Below are positions 35,896 to 47,990 of a stretch of 64,000 bases of DNA, piece by piece; the first letter of the stretch is position 1; every line of letters starts with the position of its first letter. The stretch covers positions 158,176,413 to 158,240,412 of the forward strand of contig NC_068983.1 in NCBI RefSeq assembly GCF_001194135.2. Reading direction: 5' to 3'. The translations under genes and the position numbers were made by a program. A model generated the notes under the pieces. The model did no database searches. It was not told the origin of the DNA and saw nothing but the letters and a program-made list of their open reading frames with translations. Source of the stretch: Octopus bimaculoides. Lineage: Eukaryota.

Positions 35896-38117
35896 TCATT
35901 ATTGTTGTTGCTTTTATATCAACATCATCATACCAGCGCGGTCAACTTTGCCTTCTAACTTCGTTCTTATTCTCCTCCTTTTTGGAGCTTTCAACTTCCA
36001 CCGCCTCCCTACTGCTGTTGCCAATGCTGCTGCTTTTTGTTGTTCTCATATATATCTTCATATATATGATACACGTTTATGTATACATGTTTATGTATAT
36101 ATATGTATGTATACATAGTTTACACTTCTGTTAAGGTATGATCAGCAAAAAACGTACTCCATCCAGTAAGAGATAAATATATGTATGCATATATATATAT
36201 ATATATCTAACCAAATACCAATCAACTGAAGTAATTCAGTGAAGCCACACACTGAATGGTCAAAATATAGTTTGCAAAACTTAACATTCTGGAGCCTATA
36301 CAAATGTATTTAAGGCACACATTTTAGCCATCACATTACAGTTGCAAATTGTTAAACATAACTGTCACCACTACTATATGAACCTGAAGATTGCATAGTT
36401 TAATGTATGAAAGTACTAGTTCAATCAGAATGAACATTTGATAGTCTATCATTTCATTATATTATATTATATTATATTATATTATATTATATTATATTAT
36501 TATAAGATTGTAAATAAAACGTGAAAATCAAAGTTGGGATTCCTTTGATTAGTATGTGTGTGTGTGTGTGTGTGTGTATTATATCGTATGTATTAAGACA
36601 ATGTAGTGAGACAATGACTGTATCTGAATCACTTTACATATTCTGCTTATCGTGCTATGCTGTAAATCGTGGTTATATCACTCATAATGATATTATACAT
36701 ACGTGTATAGAATAAGGATATAAACACGGTACTGTAACGGAGAAATTCCTAAATGTTTCTCTTAGACAGCTAAAAATAGTAATAGCAGAAATAATGATCC
36801 CAGTAGGTCTTCAGAGAAAATAAAACGGGTTGTATCAGTATGAAACAAGGTGGTGGTGGTGGTGGTGGTGGTGGTGGTGATGGTGATTGTGGTGGTGGTG
36901 GTGTTGATTGTGGTGGTGGTGGGAATTTACCGCAGTAGCTCAGCTGCGTTACTTTCCAATGCAATTTTAATGGAGAAATTAAACATAAATACATACATGC
37001 ACACCGGCTTTCTCGCGAGACATTTCGCAATACATCTAAATGAACTGATACCGTTGGTAGTGCAGCTACTAAACCTGCTTGAAAGATATTATACTAAATG
37101 ACTTTTGTCTGTGTGAGATCTGTGTTGATTTATCAGATAGAGTAGGTTTAACCTTTCTTCTCGTCAGTTCTCTAAAAGTCAACAGAAGACGGTATATTTA
37201 TCTGAAGGAGGCTCACACATAAGTGCCACCAGGGAACTGTTACCAACCTATGTGTGTGTGTAAATGAAGGCATTTTATTTTTTCATAAAATGTAAGTAAA
37301 ATTCCCGGTGGAAAAAATTTCATCTGATCTGCAGTAGATCACAGAGAGACAAATGAACTGATTACGTAAAAGGAATTTTTTAAAAAATTCCTTTCAAATT
37401 TATTTGATTATAAAGTGACAGTGTAACACGTGTCTAGCATTCAAAAGTAATAATTTTTATATCTAGTTATTCAACCGTCTCACTTCCAAATCCATAGATA
37501 CTATGTCAATAAAGCTCATTAGAAGTTTTCAAATGAAGGGCGACTGATTTATGAGTTTCAATTCTCTAGCGTTTTCTTTTACTTTTAAATTTATTTGTAA
37601 ATTATTCCAATCAAATGTATTCAATAAGAGGTACATGCGGACAGAGAAATGATTTTAGTTGTAGAATTTGGATCAATTACTATGGTTTTAACATTTGTCG
37701 ATGACTGGTTGTACACAGGCTTGGGAATGTATTTAACAACTTATGACACTTAATTACATAAAGATTATATTTGGTTGTAAATAAAAAAAGAAAGTTAGTC
37801 GCATATGGCGTCAATAGATATAATTAAATAACATTTGTGCAAATTTAAAAAAATTGTTTTTGTATGAAAATAATCCCAAATATACATTGCTTACACGGCA
37901 TAATAGTGAATTCACGTATTACTGAAGCCCACAAATTGTAGAAAGGGATTATAATTCATTAAATGGGATTTCAGTTCATGAGTGGCACATATTTTATTCA
38001 CCCCAGAATGATAAAAATCGTCTCTGGTACAGTTTGAACACAGAATGTATAAGTATATAACTAAACAACACAAAATATTGTCCCGTCTTTCTTCTCAATA
38101 TTAATTTCTAATCAAAA

Positions 38118-38333
38118 CAGTGAGCTGGCAGAATTGTTAGCACGCCGGGCAAAATGCTTGGCAGTATTTCGTCTGCTGCTACGTTCTGAGTTCAAATTCG
38201 TCGAGGTCGACTTTGCCTTTAATCCTTTCTGGATCAATAAATTAAGTACCAGTGAAACTCGGGTTGATGTAATCGACTTATCCCTTCCCCCAAAATCGCT
38301 GCTCTTGTGGCAAAATTTGAAACCATTTGAGAC

Positions 38334-38335
<2 letters not shown>
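38118..38335 (+). mobile_element. SINE-A with (ATT)n tail
   Basis: Family consensus match; tail type gtggcaaaatttgaaacc. Confidence 0.85.
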
Positions 38336-38367
<32 letters not shown>

Positions 38368-38368
38368 G

Positions 38369-39113
38369 TTCAGTAGTTTTATTTTTATNNNNNNNNNNNN
38401 NNNNNNNNNNNNNNNNNNNNNNNNNNNNNNNNNNNNNNNNNNNNNNNNNNNNNNNNNNNNNNNNNNNNNNNNNNNNNNNNNNNNNNNNNNNNNNNNNNNN
38501 NNNNNNNNNNNNNNNNNNNNNNNNNNNNNNNNNNNNNNNNNNNNNNNNNNNNNNNNNNNNNNNNNNNNNNNNNNNNNNNNNNNNNNNNNNNNNNNNNNNN
38601 NNNNNNNNNNNNNNNNNNNNNNNNNNNNNNNNNNNNNNNNNNNNNNNNNNNNNNNNNNNNNNNNNNNNNNNNNNNNNNNNNNNNNNNNNNNNNNNNNNNN
38701 NNNNNNNNNNNNNNNNNNNNNNNNNNNNNNNNNNNNNNNNNNNNNNNNNNNNNNNNNNNNNNNNNNNNNNNNNNNNNNNNNNNNNNNNNNNNNNNNNNNN
38801 NNNNNNNNNNNNNNNNNNNNNNNTGTATTGGCATATCCCAGAGTATGGTTGCTTTCTCGTTTTCTGTGACCTTTTCTGGCGTGTGTTTATACCATCTTTT
38901 TTCTGTTGTTATTCCATAGTGTTGGCATAGCTTCCAGTGTATATAGGTCCCAGCTCTGTCATGTCTGTGAATATATTCCTTCTTAGCCAGGAGTGGGCAG
39001 CCAGAGATAATATGATTTATTGTTTCTTGTCCATCTCCACATATTCTACAGTTACTTGTTATGTTTCTTTTCATTATGTGTTTTTGGTAATTTCTGGTGG
39101 GGAGGCTTTGGTC

Positions 39114-39116
<3 letters not shown>
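38369..39116 (-). mobile_element. Young 5'-truncated R4/Dong copy (CCHC plus RLE), partly in a gap
   Basis: Uninterrupted QDQSLPTRNYQKHIMKRNITSNCRICGDGQETINHIISGCPLLAKKEYIHRHDRAGTYIHWKLCQHYG...KATILWDMPI. Both ends abut TAA repeats. Confidence 0.9.
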
Positions 39117-39159
<43 letters not shown>

Positions 39160-39162
<3 letters not shown>

Positions 39163-39385
39163 GGCAACAAGCTGACAGAATCGTTAGCACGCCGGGCAAA
39201 ATACTTTGCGGCATTTTCGTCTGTCTTTACGTTCTGAGTTCAAATTCCACCGATGTCGACTTTGTCTTTCATCCTTTCGGGGTTGATGAAATAAATACCA
39301 GTTGAACACTGGGGGTCAATGTAATCGACTATCCCCATTCCCCAAATTTCAGTCCTTGCGCTTATAGTAGAAAGGATTATAATGA
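39160..39385 (+). mobile_element. SINE-A with ATT tail
   Basis: Family consensus match. Confidence 0.85.
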
Positions 39386-39394
39386 TAATTATTA

Positions 39395-39962
39395 TTTCTT
39401 TTTATCACAGGTTTTGTTGGAACTCCTGGAGTCTTGCATGCGTAGCGGGCTTGATGCCTGCAGTCTACGGTACCATGCAATCTATTCATTTCAGCTATCA
39501 AATACTTTCCTGATTATTCTGGCCGTGCCAAGGAGGCAAACGTTTTGTAACAGTTCTACTACGGACTCTATTCCGATTTCCTTTATATTCCCCTTGATGC
39601 CTTCTGATACTATCCCCAAGGACCCAACAATAATCGGCACCATCTTCACCTTCTTCATTTTCCATAACCGGGCTATTTCGTACATAAGAGGGTTGTACAT
39701 TATTTACAATAGACGGATAGTTGTCCTCACCTTGCCCATTGTAAATAATGTACATAATTCCTCATCTCAAAAATATAGAATAGTTATTAAGAGGGTTGTA
39801 TTTATCTATTTTTCTCCTTTCCTCTTGACTATTCGTGGGTCACAGGGGCACGCAACATCAACAATATAGCATATGTGGTGCACCTTGTCCACCACTACTA
39901 GGTCCGGTCTGTTATGCTCTAGCACCTGATCTCTTTGGATTGGAAAATCCCAGAGAATTGTA
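39395..39962 (-). mobile_element. R4/Dong RLE fragment plus 3' UTR (contains a 90-bp insertion)
   Basis: TILWDFPIQRDQVLEHNRPDLVVVDKVHHICYIVDVACPCDPRIV...KIDKYNPLMYEIARLWKMKKVKMVPIIVGSLG...CLLGTARIIRKVFDS*. Confidence 0.88.
39698..39787. other. 90-bp insertion with a 13-bp flanking direct repeat and a perfect 17-bp inverted repeat
   Basis: taagagggttgta at 39685-39697 and 39788-39800; arms tgtacattatttacaat (39694-39710) and attgtaaataatgtaca (39738-39754). Confidence 0.85.
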
Positions 39963-40555
39963 TTATTATCATTTTCCGATTGATTTGCATTTTATTTCAT
40001 CTTCTGACCGGGTTACAACCAGATACCTAAAACATGTATATATTAGACGGACAGACACTTCCTGAGAATGTGGGTGGTTGATGTCAATATAATTTTTGAG
40101 TCTCATAGATTGTTAGTTTCCCAGAGTTCTGGTCAAAAAATTTTTCAGTACCTTTCTTGATCATTCCTAGGGCATCCACAACAACAGGAATGATTTTTGT
40201 TTTTAATTGCTACATTTTAGATACCTCAATCTTAAGGTCCTTATATTTCGACAGTGTTCCAGGTTCCTTTGCGGAGATGTTTCTATGAGTAGGCACCGTG
40301 TCATATCAGTTAACAGGAATGTTTTTTGTTTTATATCTTTGATGACGATGTCTGGTCTGTTATTATTTATTTGCTTGTCTCAATATATCTCATAATAATC
40401 CCATAGGATATTAACATTCTCTCTCTCAGTGACTGGCTCTGGATGGTGTTCATACCAGTTCTTAGGGTACAGGATATCATAGTGACGGCATCTGCTCCAG
40501 TGCAAGTATTGGCCGACTCGATCATGCCTGGTTGTATATTCTGTAGGGGCAAGGA
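39963..40555 (-). mobile_element. R4/Dong RLE fragment plus 3' UTR
   Basis: LAPTEYTTRHDRVGQYLHW...KNWYEHHPEPVTERENVNILWDY...SKYKDLKIEVSKM...IIPVVVDALGMIKKG...TTHILRKCLSV*. Confidence 0.85.
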
Positions 40556-40915
40556 CTAAGCAACCAACAGTACCAGCTGTTCGCTACCAATGAACTAAGG
40601 TAACATCCCTTATTTTTCGAGTACCATCCGGGGTATTCGAGCGATTCCAAGCAGTGCTGTTTTCTGCAAGTGCTCCACACTTATTGCAGGCCCTATTTGT
40701 TCCATGTACATCTCAAGATTTTTACTCACTGTTCCCAGAGCTCCGACAATTATTGGTACTACTACCACCTTTTTCAGCGACCACTACTGCTTAACCTCCC
40801 AAGCTAACCTGTCATATATATCGAGTTTTCTTTCTTCTTTATTGCATACCTTGTCAGCTGGGCATGCTACATCTATGATCCAGCATCATTTGCTTTCTTT
40901 CTCAATTAACACTAT
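40556..40915 (-). mobile_element. R4/Dong RLE fragment
   Basis: CWIIDVACPADKVCNKEERKLDIYDRLAWEVKQ*WSLKKVVVVPIIVGALGTVSKNL...QKTALLGIARIPRMVLEK*. The 5' end abuts (AAT)n. Confidence 0.85.
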
Positions 40916-41229
40916 TATTATTATTATTATTATTATTATTAGTTATTGTTTCATTTTTATCTGACTACAATTAGTCTCTTCCTTAATTTCCTCTTCGGGT
41001 AATGGAGTGTAAGTACCTATATGCCACTTCTGTATAATGATTTTTGAAAGAAGAATTAACTGAATAGCAATCCAAGAGCCAAATTCATCGTTGTAATGGA
41101 AAAAGAATGCAACCAGCTACACACACACACACACACATTTACAAACACACACTCATAGACATACATACACACATACGTGTGTGTGAATGTGTGAGTGAGT
41201 GTGTGCGTGCGTGTGTCTATGTACGTTTC

Positions 41230-41402
41230 CTTTTTATAGTAATCTCCCCCCCCCCCGCACAGCGTGGAAACTGGTATAGTTTCTTTACGTCTCTATAACC
41301 TGGCGGTTCAGCCAAAGAAGAAACCGATAGAATAAGTACCAAACTTTAAAAATAATCATCAGCACTACGGTTGATTTGATCGACTAAAAGCCTTCTATGC
41401 AC

Positions 41403-41451
<49 letters not shown>

Positions 41452-41690
41452 TGTGTGTGCGCCAGTGTTTGTCCCTTACTACCGATGGACAACCAGTGTT
41501 GGCGGTTTTATGTCCCGAAACTTAGCAGTTCGGCAAAATACACGGATAGAATAAGTACCAGGCCAAAAAAAAAAAAAAGAAATGGGGTTGATTCGTTCGA
41601 CTAAAATGTTTCAGTCCAGTGCCCCAGCATGGCCGCAGTCTAATAGCTGAAACAAGTAAAATAATAAAAGCAAAATAATCAAATAAAACA
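41230..41690 (+). mobile_element. Two SINE-C 3' halves separated by (TG)n
   Basis: gcggttcagccaaagaagaaaccgatagaataagtacc and gcagttcggcaaaatacacggatagaataagtaccagg...gccccagcatggccgcagtc. Confidence 0.8.
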
Positions 41691-41823
41691 CAGGTACATA
41701 TGTCTAAGTTTATTAATACTGTGCTGTGCAAAGCACTGTGAAACAGAGTCACCCTGTAAATTAGTCTGGCCAGAATTTGAAGTTCTTGCTCATAAGTTAA
41801 TGGAATTATGAGAGACTCTAGAC

Positions 41824-42124
41824 CAGGGCTGACCAACCTGACTCTAGACCAGGGCTGGCCCGCTTGATACTCCCTTGAAATGGGTTTATTTAAACAAACA
41901 TTTAAAAAATGTTATCAAAAATTAAAGATTGTAATGAAAAGTAAAAAAAGAAAGATACTACAGTTTTTGCAATGATAATATTTCATGTTGAATCAACGAT
42001 CATTCATTCATTATTGTAATAAGAGCATGAGAAAACAAAATGCTTTCAATTGTGTCAGTACACAGTACAAAAAACTTTCTGTGATTAAAGTGGCCCGCAA
42101 TGTAATTCGAGTTGGCCAGGTCTG
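41824..42124. mobile_element. hAT-type MITE
   Basis: TIRs cagggctgaccaac and gttggccaggtctg (11/14 match). 8-bp flanks ctctagac and ccgtagac resemble the NTCTAGAN target preferred by Charlie-type hATs. Confidence 0.65.
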
Positions 42125-42289
42125 CCGTAGACTACCAGAGTCGGGATAGTAGATGTTGTAACTGTATTATAAAAGAAATTTAATCAGCTATTACAATTCA
42201 ACCAATTGCTATGTTGAATTTAAGTGTTCAGGTAACTTCATTCAAAACCATTGCTTTTACTTGTATGTATATATGAGTGTGTGTGTGTG

Positions 42290-42322
42290 AGAAAGGGAGA
42301 GAGGAAGCGAGAGAGAAAGAGG

Positions 42323-42384
<62 letters not shown>

Positions 42385-42385
42385 A
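42290..42385. repeat. (GA)n microsatellite
   Basis: Directly visible. Confidence 0.95.
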
Positions 42386-43146
42386 TATGTCTACATTCAG
42401 GCAACTCCCAATTCTTAGATACGCAAACACACACATGCTCAAAATTATAGAGAGATTGTGGAAGAGTGTGATAGAAAAAAGAAGAGATAACTAAATTGTT
42501 TAGGACATTTTTATGTCGTATAAACTTTTCCTATGTTTTGTTTACATTCTTTTTGTATTTATTTTTTTGCTTGTTATTTTTGCTTTGTTTTCCATTGGCG
42601 TAAACGTAAATATTTCTCAGTTTTCTGGCTGTGAAAAAGTTTTTAACTTACAAAAGTATTATATAAGTGCCATTGGCTAGAAACGTACTATTTTCTCAAG
42701 TGTCTATCTTTTCCAGATAAGCATTGTGTAGTTAAAGGTTAGAAAGAAATTAAAATAAATTGTGTATTTAAAAAAATAATAAAGATAACGATATTCCTGT
42801 GTTTTTTGTTTCCTTCTCTTCGATAGTATGTGGTCTTCAGAATATGTTGTGCCCGCCTGGCTCACGATAAATAACATTTTGTCTTCTAATATCCACATCA
42901 GCATAGAGTTTCTTTTTCACTGAAAGCATCTTTGATAAAGAAGAAAAAAAGTCATGCCATAATCTATTCAAGTTATAATTAGAGCTATGTGCGCACACAT
43001 TTTAGTTTAAACATTTAAAAGAAACCAACGAACACACTTTCCCGTATTTTTCCAAGCTTTTTTAATTATAAATAAAAAACTTGAAATAATCCCATCATTC
43101 ATTTTCTCGATATGCAATATTAATCTCCACGGGCTTACTTCATAGT

Positions 43147-43690
43147 CGAGGCGTGTGGCTTAGTGGCTAGGGTGTCAGCATCATGATCGTAAGATTGTGG
43201 TTTCAATTCCTGGACCGGGCGACGCGTTGTGTTCTTGAGCAAAACACTTCATTTCACGTTGCTCCAGTTCCCTCTGCTGGCAAAAATGAGTAACGCTGCG
43301 ATGAACTGGCGTCCCGTCCAGCTGGGGAAAACATACGCCATTGAAACCGGGCCTATGAGTCTGGCTAGGCTTTAAAAGGGCGCATTTATTAGTGGTGGCG
43401 CAATGGCCCAATGGTTAGGGCAGCAGACTCGCGGTCGGAGGATCGCGGTTTCGATTCCCAGACCGGACAATGTCTGTGTTTATTGAGCGAAAACACCTAA
43501 AGCTCCACGAGGCTTCGGCAGGGGGTGGTAGCGACCCCTGTTGTACTCTTTCACCCCAACTTTCTCTCACTCTTTCTTCCTGTTTCTTGAGTAACGCTGC
43601 GATGGACTGGCATCCCGTCCAGCTGGGGGAAACTCCACAGGCCATAGAAACCGAGCCCACGAGCCTGGCTAGGTTTTAAAAGGGCGCATA
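43147..43690 (+). mobile_element. Two tandem SINE-B copies with different heads and a shared 3' end
   Basis: Heads at 43147 (ggcgtgtggcttagtggctagg) and 43395 (ggcgcaatggcccaatggttagg). Both end gagtaacgctgcgatg.actggc.tcccgtccagctgggg...ctggctagg.tttaaaagggcgcat. Confidence 0.85.
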
Positions 43691-43919
43691 AATAAAATAA
43701 TAAAACGGGCTTACTTGGGATATCTATTGTCTCTTAAGAATAGGAAACAAATACTCTGGAAATTTTTGAAGTTTTGATTTTCTTCATAAAACTATATAAA
43801 AGTTTGTAAAACAAATATTTCTTCGTAAGATACTATTTAGAGCTTGTGGAAGAAATATCGCTGTATTACATCATTTGGAACAAATGATTTAATTTAAATT
43901 GCAATATGTATTAAACATT

Positions 43920-44135
43920 CAAGGCGGCAAGCCAGCAGAATCGTTAGCACATCGGACAATAATGCACTTAGAAGCATTTCGTCTGTTATTACGTTCTGAG
44001 TTCAAACTTCGCCAAAGTCGACTTTGCTGTCATCCTTTCGGGGTCGATGAAGTAAGTACCAGTTAAGCACTGGGGTTGATCTAAACGGCTAGCCCCCTCT
44101 CCTACCGAAATTGATGGCCTTCTGCCAAAGTTTGA
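43920..44135 (+). mobile_element. SINE-A copy
   Basis: Family consensus match. Confidence 0.85.
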
Positions 44136-44912
44136 AAATAGTATGTATAATATTAAACTTTAACGCGTCAAATTTTCTCGGGAGTGCATATAATAATGTA
44201 GAAATTTTACTTTTATAGGAAATATATGCAGATTTATATAAAACATATACTAATAAAATATCATAAAGTGAACGATATATATATTTTTTTATAGTATCAA
44301 TGACTTTAATGTTTCAGAAGCTTCTTTCAAGCCAAGTCGTTGACACCTTAGTTTAATACGTGTGTGTGTGTGTGTGTGCGCGCGCATATGTATTTACATG
44401 CATATAATATTCTTATCAGACTCAACTATATGCAATCATTTTTAAAGATTTATTTTAATTACACTACAAGTCAATAAGTCTGTTATTAAGTAGCTTAATC
44501 GCTTACTTTAGTTACAAGACTTATCTTCTTAACCACAAATGATGTTTTTTTTTTCTTCAAAATTAAGGAATAGTGCTTTTTCCTTTATAATTTGGAGGGC
44601 AGTATATGCTCAGTGTACACCGCTTAGAAGTCATGGAGTACCACTTCTTGTGTCAAGAGCAGATCTTTTAGCCGAAGACTGCAGGTGGTGACATAACAAA
44701 CTGTGTCTGAACGTGAATACTCAGTCATGTCGAGTACTCTTGAAATTAATAGTAACATAAATTGGTAAAGATTCTAAATTTAAAATTAATTCTCTATTCA
44801 TTATATATTCAGTGCTTTTCGCTTTAATATTAACAACTTGGTTCAACACTACACACACATATAGGGACACATACACAGACACAGACACACACACACACAC
44901 ACATAGTTAATA

Positions 44913-45396
44913 GCACCAAAATCAGTATTAATGCTGCAAAAGAAATCTTTATTTCCTCCTTAACTTGGATGATGTGTCAGAACACAGAATACTGCGGTAT
45001 TTACCTTGGAGAGAATCTCACATATGAACTCGTGTTACATAAAAGCACTTGTATCTATATCGTTTATATGTGAGAACCGTCTGCTAAGGCTGCCTGAACT
45101 GCCAGATCACATGATTTCGCTCTGTTTTGCGCTCCTCAGTGGCAGACATCCAGTAGCGACGTAACAGCTAAATCTTGCATCTACGATATATAGGACATCA
45201 GTGTCTATTCAAGCACTGATGTCGCAAATAGGAAGCAAGCATATTAAAAAATAATAGATGGCGACAGAAGCAGAATTAATACCAAGAGGTAATCTTTATC
45301 TCCGGCTTAATTAGGATGTGTTAGAACACAGAATACCACATTATTTACTTTGAGAGGACCTCTTATGCACCACAAGTCCATATAAGAGGAAGTTGT
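44913..45396. repeat. Diverged ~140-bp direct repeat pair with intervening hairpins
   Basis: Copies at 44913-45052 and 45261-45396 share aatctttat..tcc...ttaa and tgtgtYagaacacagaatac. Confidence 0.75.
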
Positions 45397-45418
45397 GCAA
45401 TGTCAACATTCATGCACA

Positions 45419-45478
<60 letters not shown>

Positions 45479-46110
45479 ATACACACAGTTAGATAGATAG
45501 ATAGATAGATAGATAGAAACATGCATACATACATACACAACAAGCTTCCAGCAGTTTCCGTCGAAACTATAGTAATTAACTTGTACTAAAGCCCCGGGCC
45601 GACCAATGCCTTATGAATTAATTTGGTTGACGGAAAGTATGTGGAAGCCTTCATGTGATTTTTCTCTGAGTTTAATTTTGTCTTATAAATCTTGACTAAT
45701 AGATTGGATTTGGAGAATCCATGTCAGTTTCTTTTGCTCCTTTTTCGTGAAACCGAATATTTGTAGGTTTTTGTGCAAAGTTTTTGGTACGTAAACTAAC
45801 GCACCTATGATGATGAGTGCAAATAAGAATTCATAGTCAGAGTACGCATTAGTTTATCATTATTGTTATGTATGTATGTCACTATTTAGTTTCATTTCAA
45901 GGTTTCTTGCCAATAGAGAAAGAGTCGGTTTCTAGCCTAGATCCAAAGTTCTTTCAATGGAATTTCAGCATCAACAACAGGGCATTTTTGTATGTATGTA
46001 TACATGCAGATTTGTGTGTTTTGTTTTATGCATATCTTCTCAAGCATATACATGCATATTTAGACATGCTCATATGTATGTATGTATGTATGCGTACATG
46101 TATGTATATA

Positions 46111-46144
<34 letters not shown>

Positions 46145-46149
46145 CATGC

Positions 46150-46365
46150 ACACACGCACTGTATGTGTCATTGTGTTTGCCCCACGCCATTTTGACGAAT
46201 GATGTGTTTTTTTCACGCTCCTGTAAACCAGCGGTTCGGCAAAGGGGAAAGATATAAGTACTAAGCTTTATAAATAAGCACTGGCGTCGATTTGTTTGAC
46301 TAAGCCTTTCGAAGCGGTGCCCCAGCATGGCAGCAGTCTAAGGATTGAAACAAATAAAACATACG
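46150..46365 (+). mobile_element. SINE-C 3' half
   Basis: agcggttcggcaaa...taagtacta...gtcgatttgtttgactaa...gcggtgccccagcatggc. Confidence 0.75.
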
Positions 46366-47396
46366 CATATGTGTATGTACGACTCTGTATTACAAGAAAT
46401 GTTAAGCTTTAGTCTAGGTAGATATTTATATATCGATAAGTATGTGTTGTAAATCTAACATTCAAAACTCATCAAATAGAAATTTTCTCTACTTGTCAAA
46501 TGTAACCAATTCTTTTCTCCAATGAAAAGGTTACATTTCTGAAACATACGCTCATCTTCTTTATCAGACTTTTCGACACTCTTATCACAACTTGGCATCT
46601 GACAGTATTCTTTTAAATAAGAAAATAATAATGTTCTACTCTGCATATGGATTCAAAAATGTTTTAAAGAAGTCTTTTATTTAATTGAGCAAACTTGTTT
46701 TGTAAAGCTGCACCTAATTTTTGACTGTCGCTAGTTAACTGTGATTCTTACGTGAGATGTATAATATTTATCCTAAGTTAAAAATATTCAGAACTTCTCA
46801 CACCAATGAGTTATATTACGTCGTAGTCTTTGAAAAGAAAACTCTCGTCCGACTGGTAATTCTGAATGAAGAGCCTGATATCTTTTAGATACGTTGGAGC
46901 CAAGAAGTCTCATCACGCCACATGTTTCTTCTTAAGCATTCTAAGTAATAAATGGTTCTTCCGACTTTGCTCTTCAACGGCTGTCAATAAGTATGTCCCC
47001 TACACAATATTAATCTAAAATAGAAATCAATTACAAAATATCAACAAGCCACTTTGGCAAGAATTACAAGAATCTCTTTTTCTGTACATGCAGTCGTGAG
47101 AAAAAATGAGTTCATGTTATCAAGATATCAGATATCTGTAACAGAAACATCGTGTTTTTTGTTTCATTATTATTTTCTAATTCTATCTATTTATGTTTTT
47201 GGTATTTCTTTCACTGTTTTATTACAACATGAAAGTATCGAAATATCTAATGATAATAGAAATAATGCAATTTATTTGAAAATATTACAACAATGTAAGA
47301 AAATATTATATGAAATATATCATGTTTATAGAGGTGTAGACGTGGTTGTGTGTTTAAGAAGTTTGCTTTGTAACCGTTTGTTTCTGAATTCGATTG

Positions 47397-47433
<37 letters not shown>

Positions 47434-47789
47434 GGATAACAAGCCAAGCTATCTCCTCATGAAATACATCTGCGTATTCCAGCTATGAATTTCATGTATG
47501 TAAATGTTTAATTTTAAATGGAAAGAAATCATACAAAGAAGTTGAAATTCTTGATGAATTGGAATATTCGCATGAAAGTATATATTAAAACAAAATCTGA
47601 ATTATGTTGTATCACTTTAATTCTGTGTTACACATGTTTCATTACACTATTGGAAATGCATTTTATGGATATAATTATTAATATTAATATCGGGGCGGCG
47701 CTATGGCATTGTCAATAAACGTCAGAGGATACGGCATTACAATATTAGCTCCAGCTATTTGTGTACTATGTACAATTCTTGCTATTGAA

Positions 47790-47990
47790 ATATTAAGATG
47801 GCGAACTGGCAGAATCATGAGCACTCAGGGAAGCTGCTTCGCGTCCGTCTTTACGTTTTGAGTTGAAGTTCGGCTGAGGGTCAACGTTGCTTTTCATTCT
47901 TTCCGAGTTGATAAAATAATTACCAGCATCGGAGTCGGTGTAACCGACTGAACCTCTCGCTCAAAATTGCTGGCCTTGACACCAGTATTA
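47790..47990 (+). mobile_element. SINE-A, diverged
   Basis: gatggcgaactggcagaatc...ttcattctttccgagttgataaaataattaccag...tggccttg. Confidence 0.7.

Noticed and set aside
37369-37394. Perfect 26-bp palindrome aaaggaattttttaaaaaattccttt
   Set aside because: Low-complexity A/T palindrome with no context suggesting a function.
43395-43470. tRNA-like sequences (also 20413, 24060-24136, 51495, 54228)
   Set aside because: They have A/B boxes but no complete cloverleaf that I could build, and they continue into SINE bodies, so they are SINE heads.
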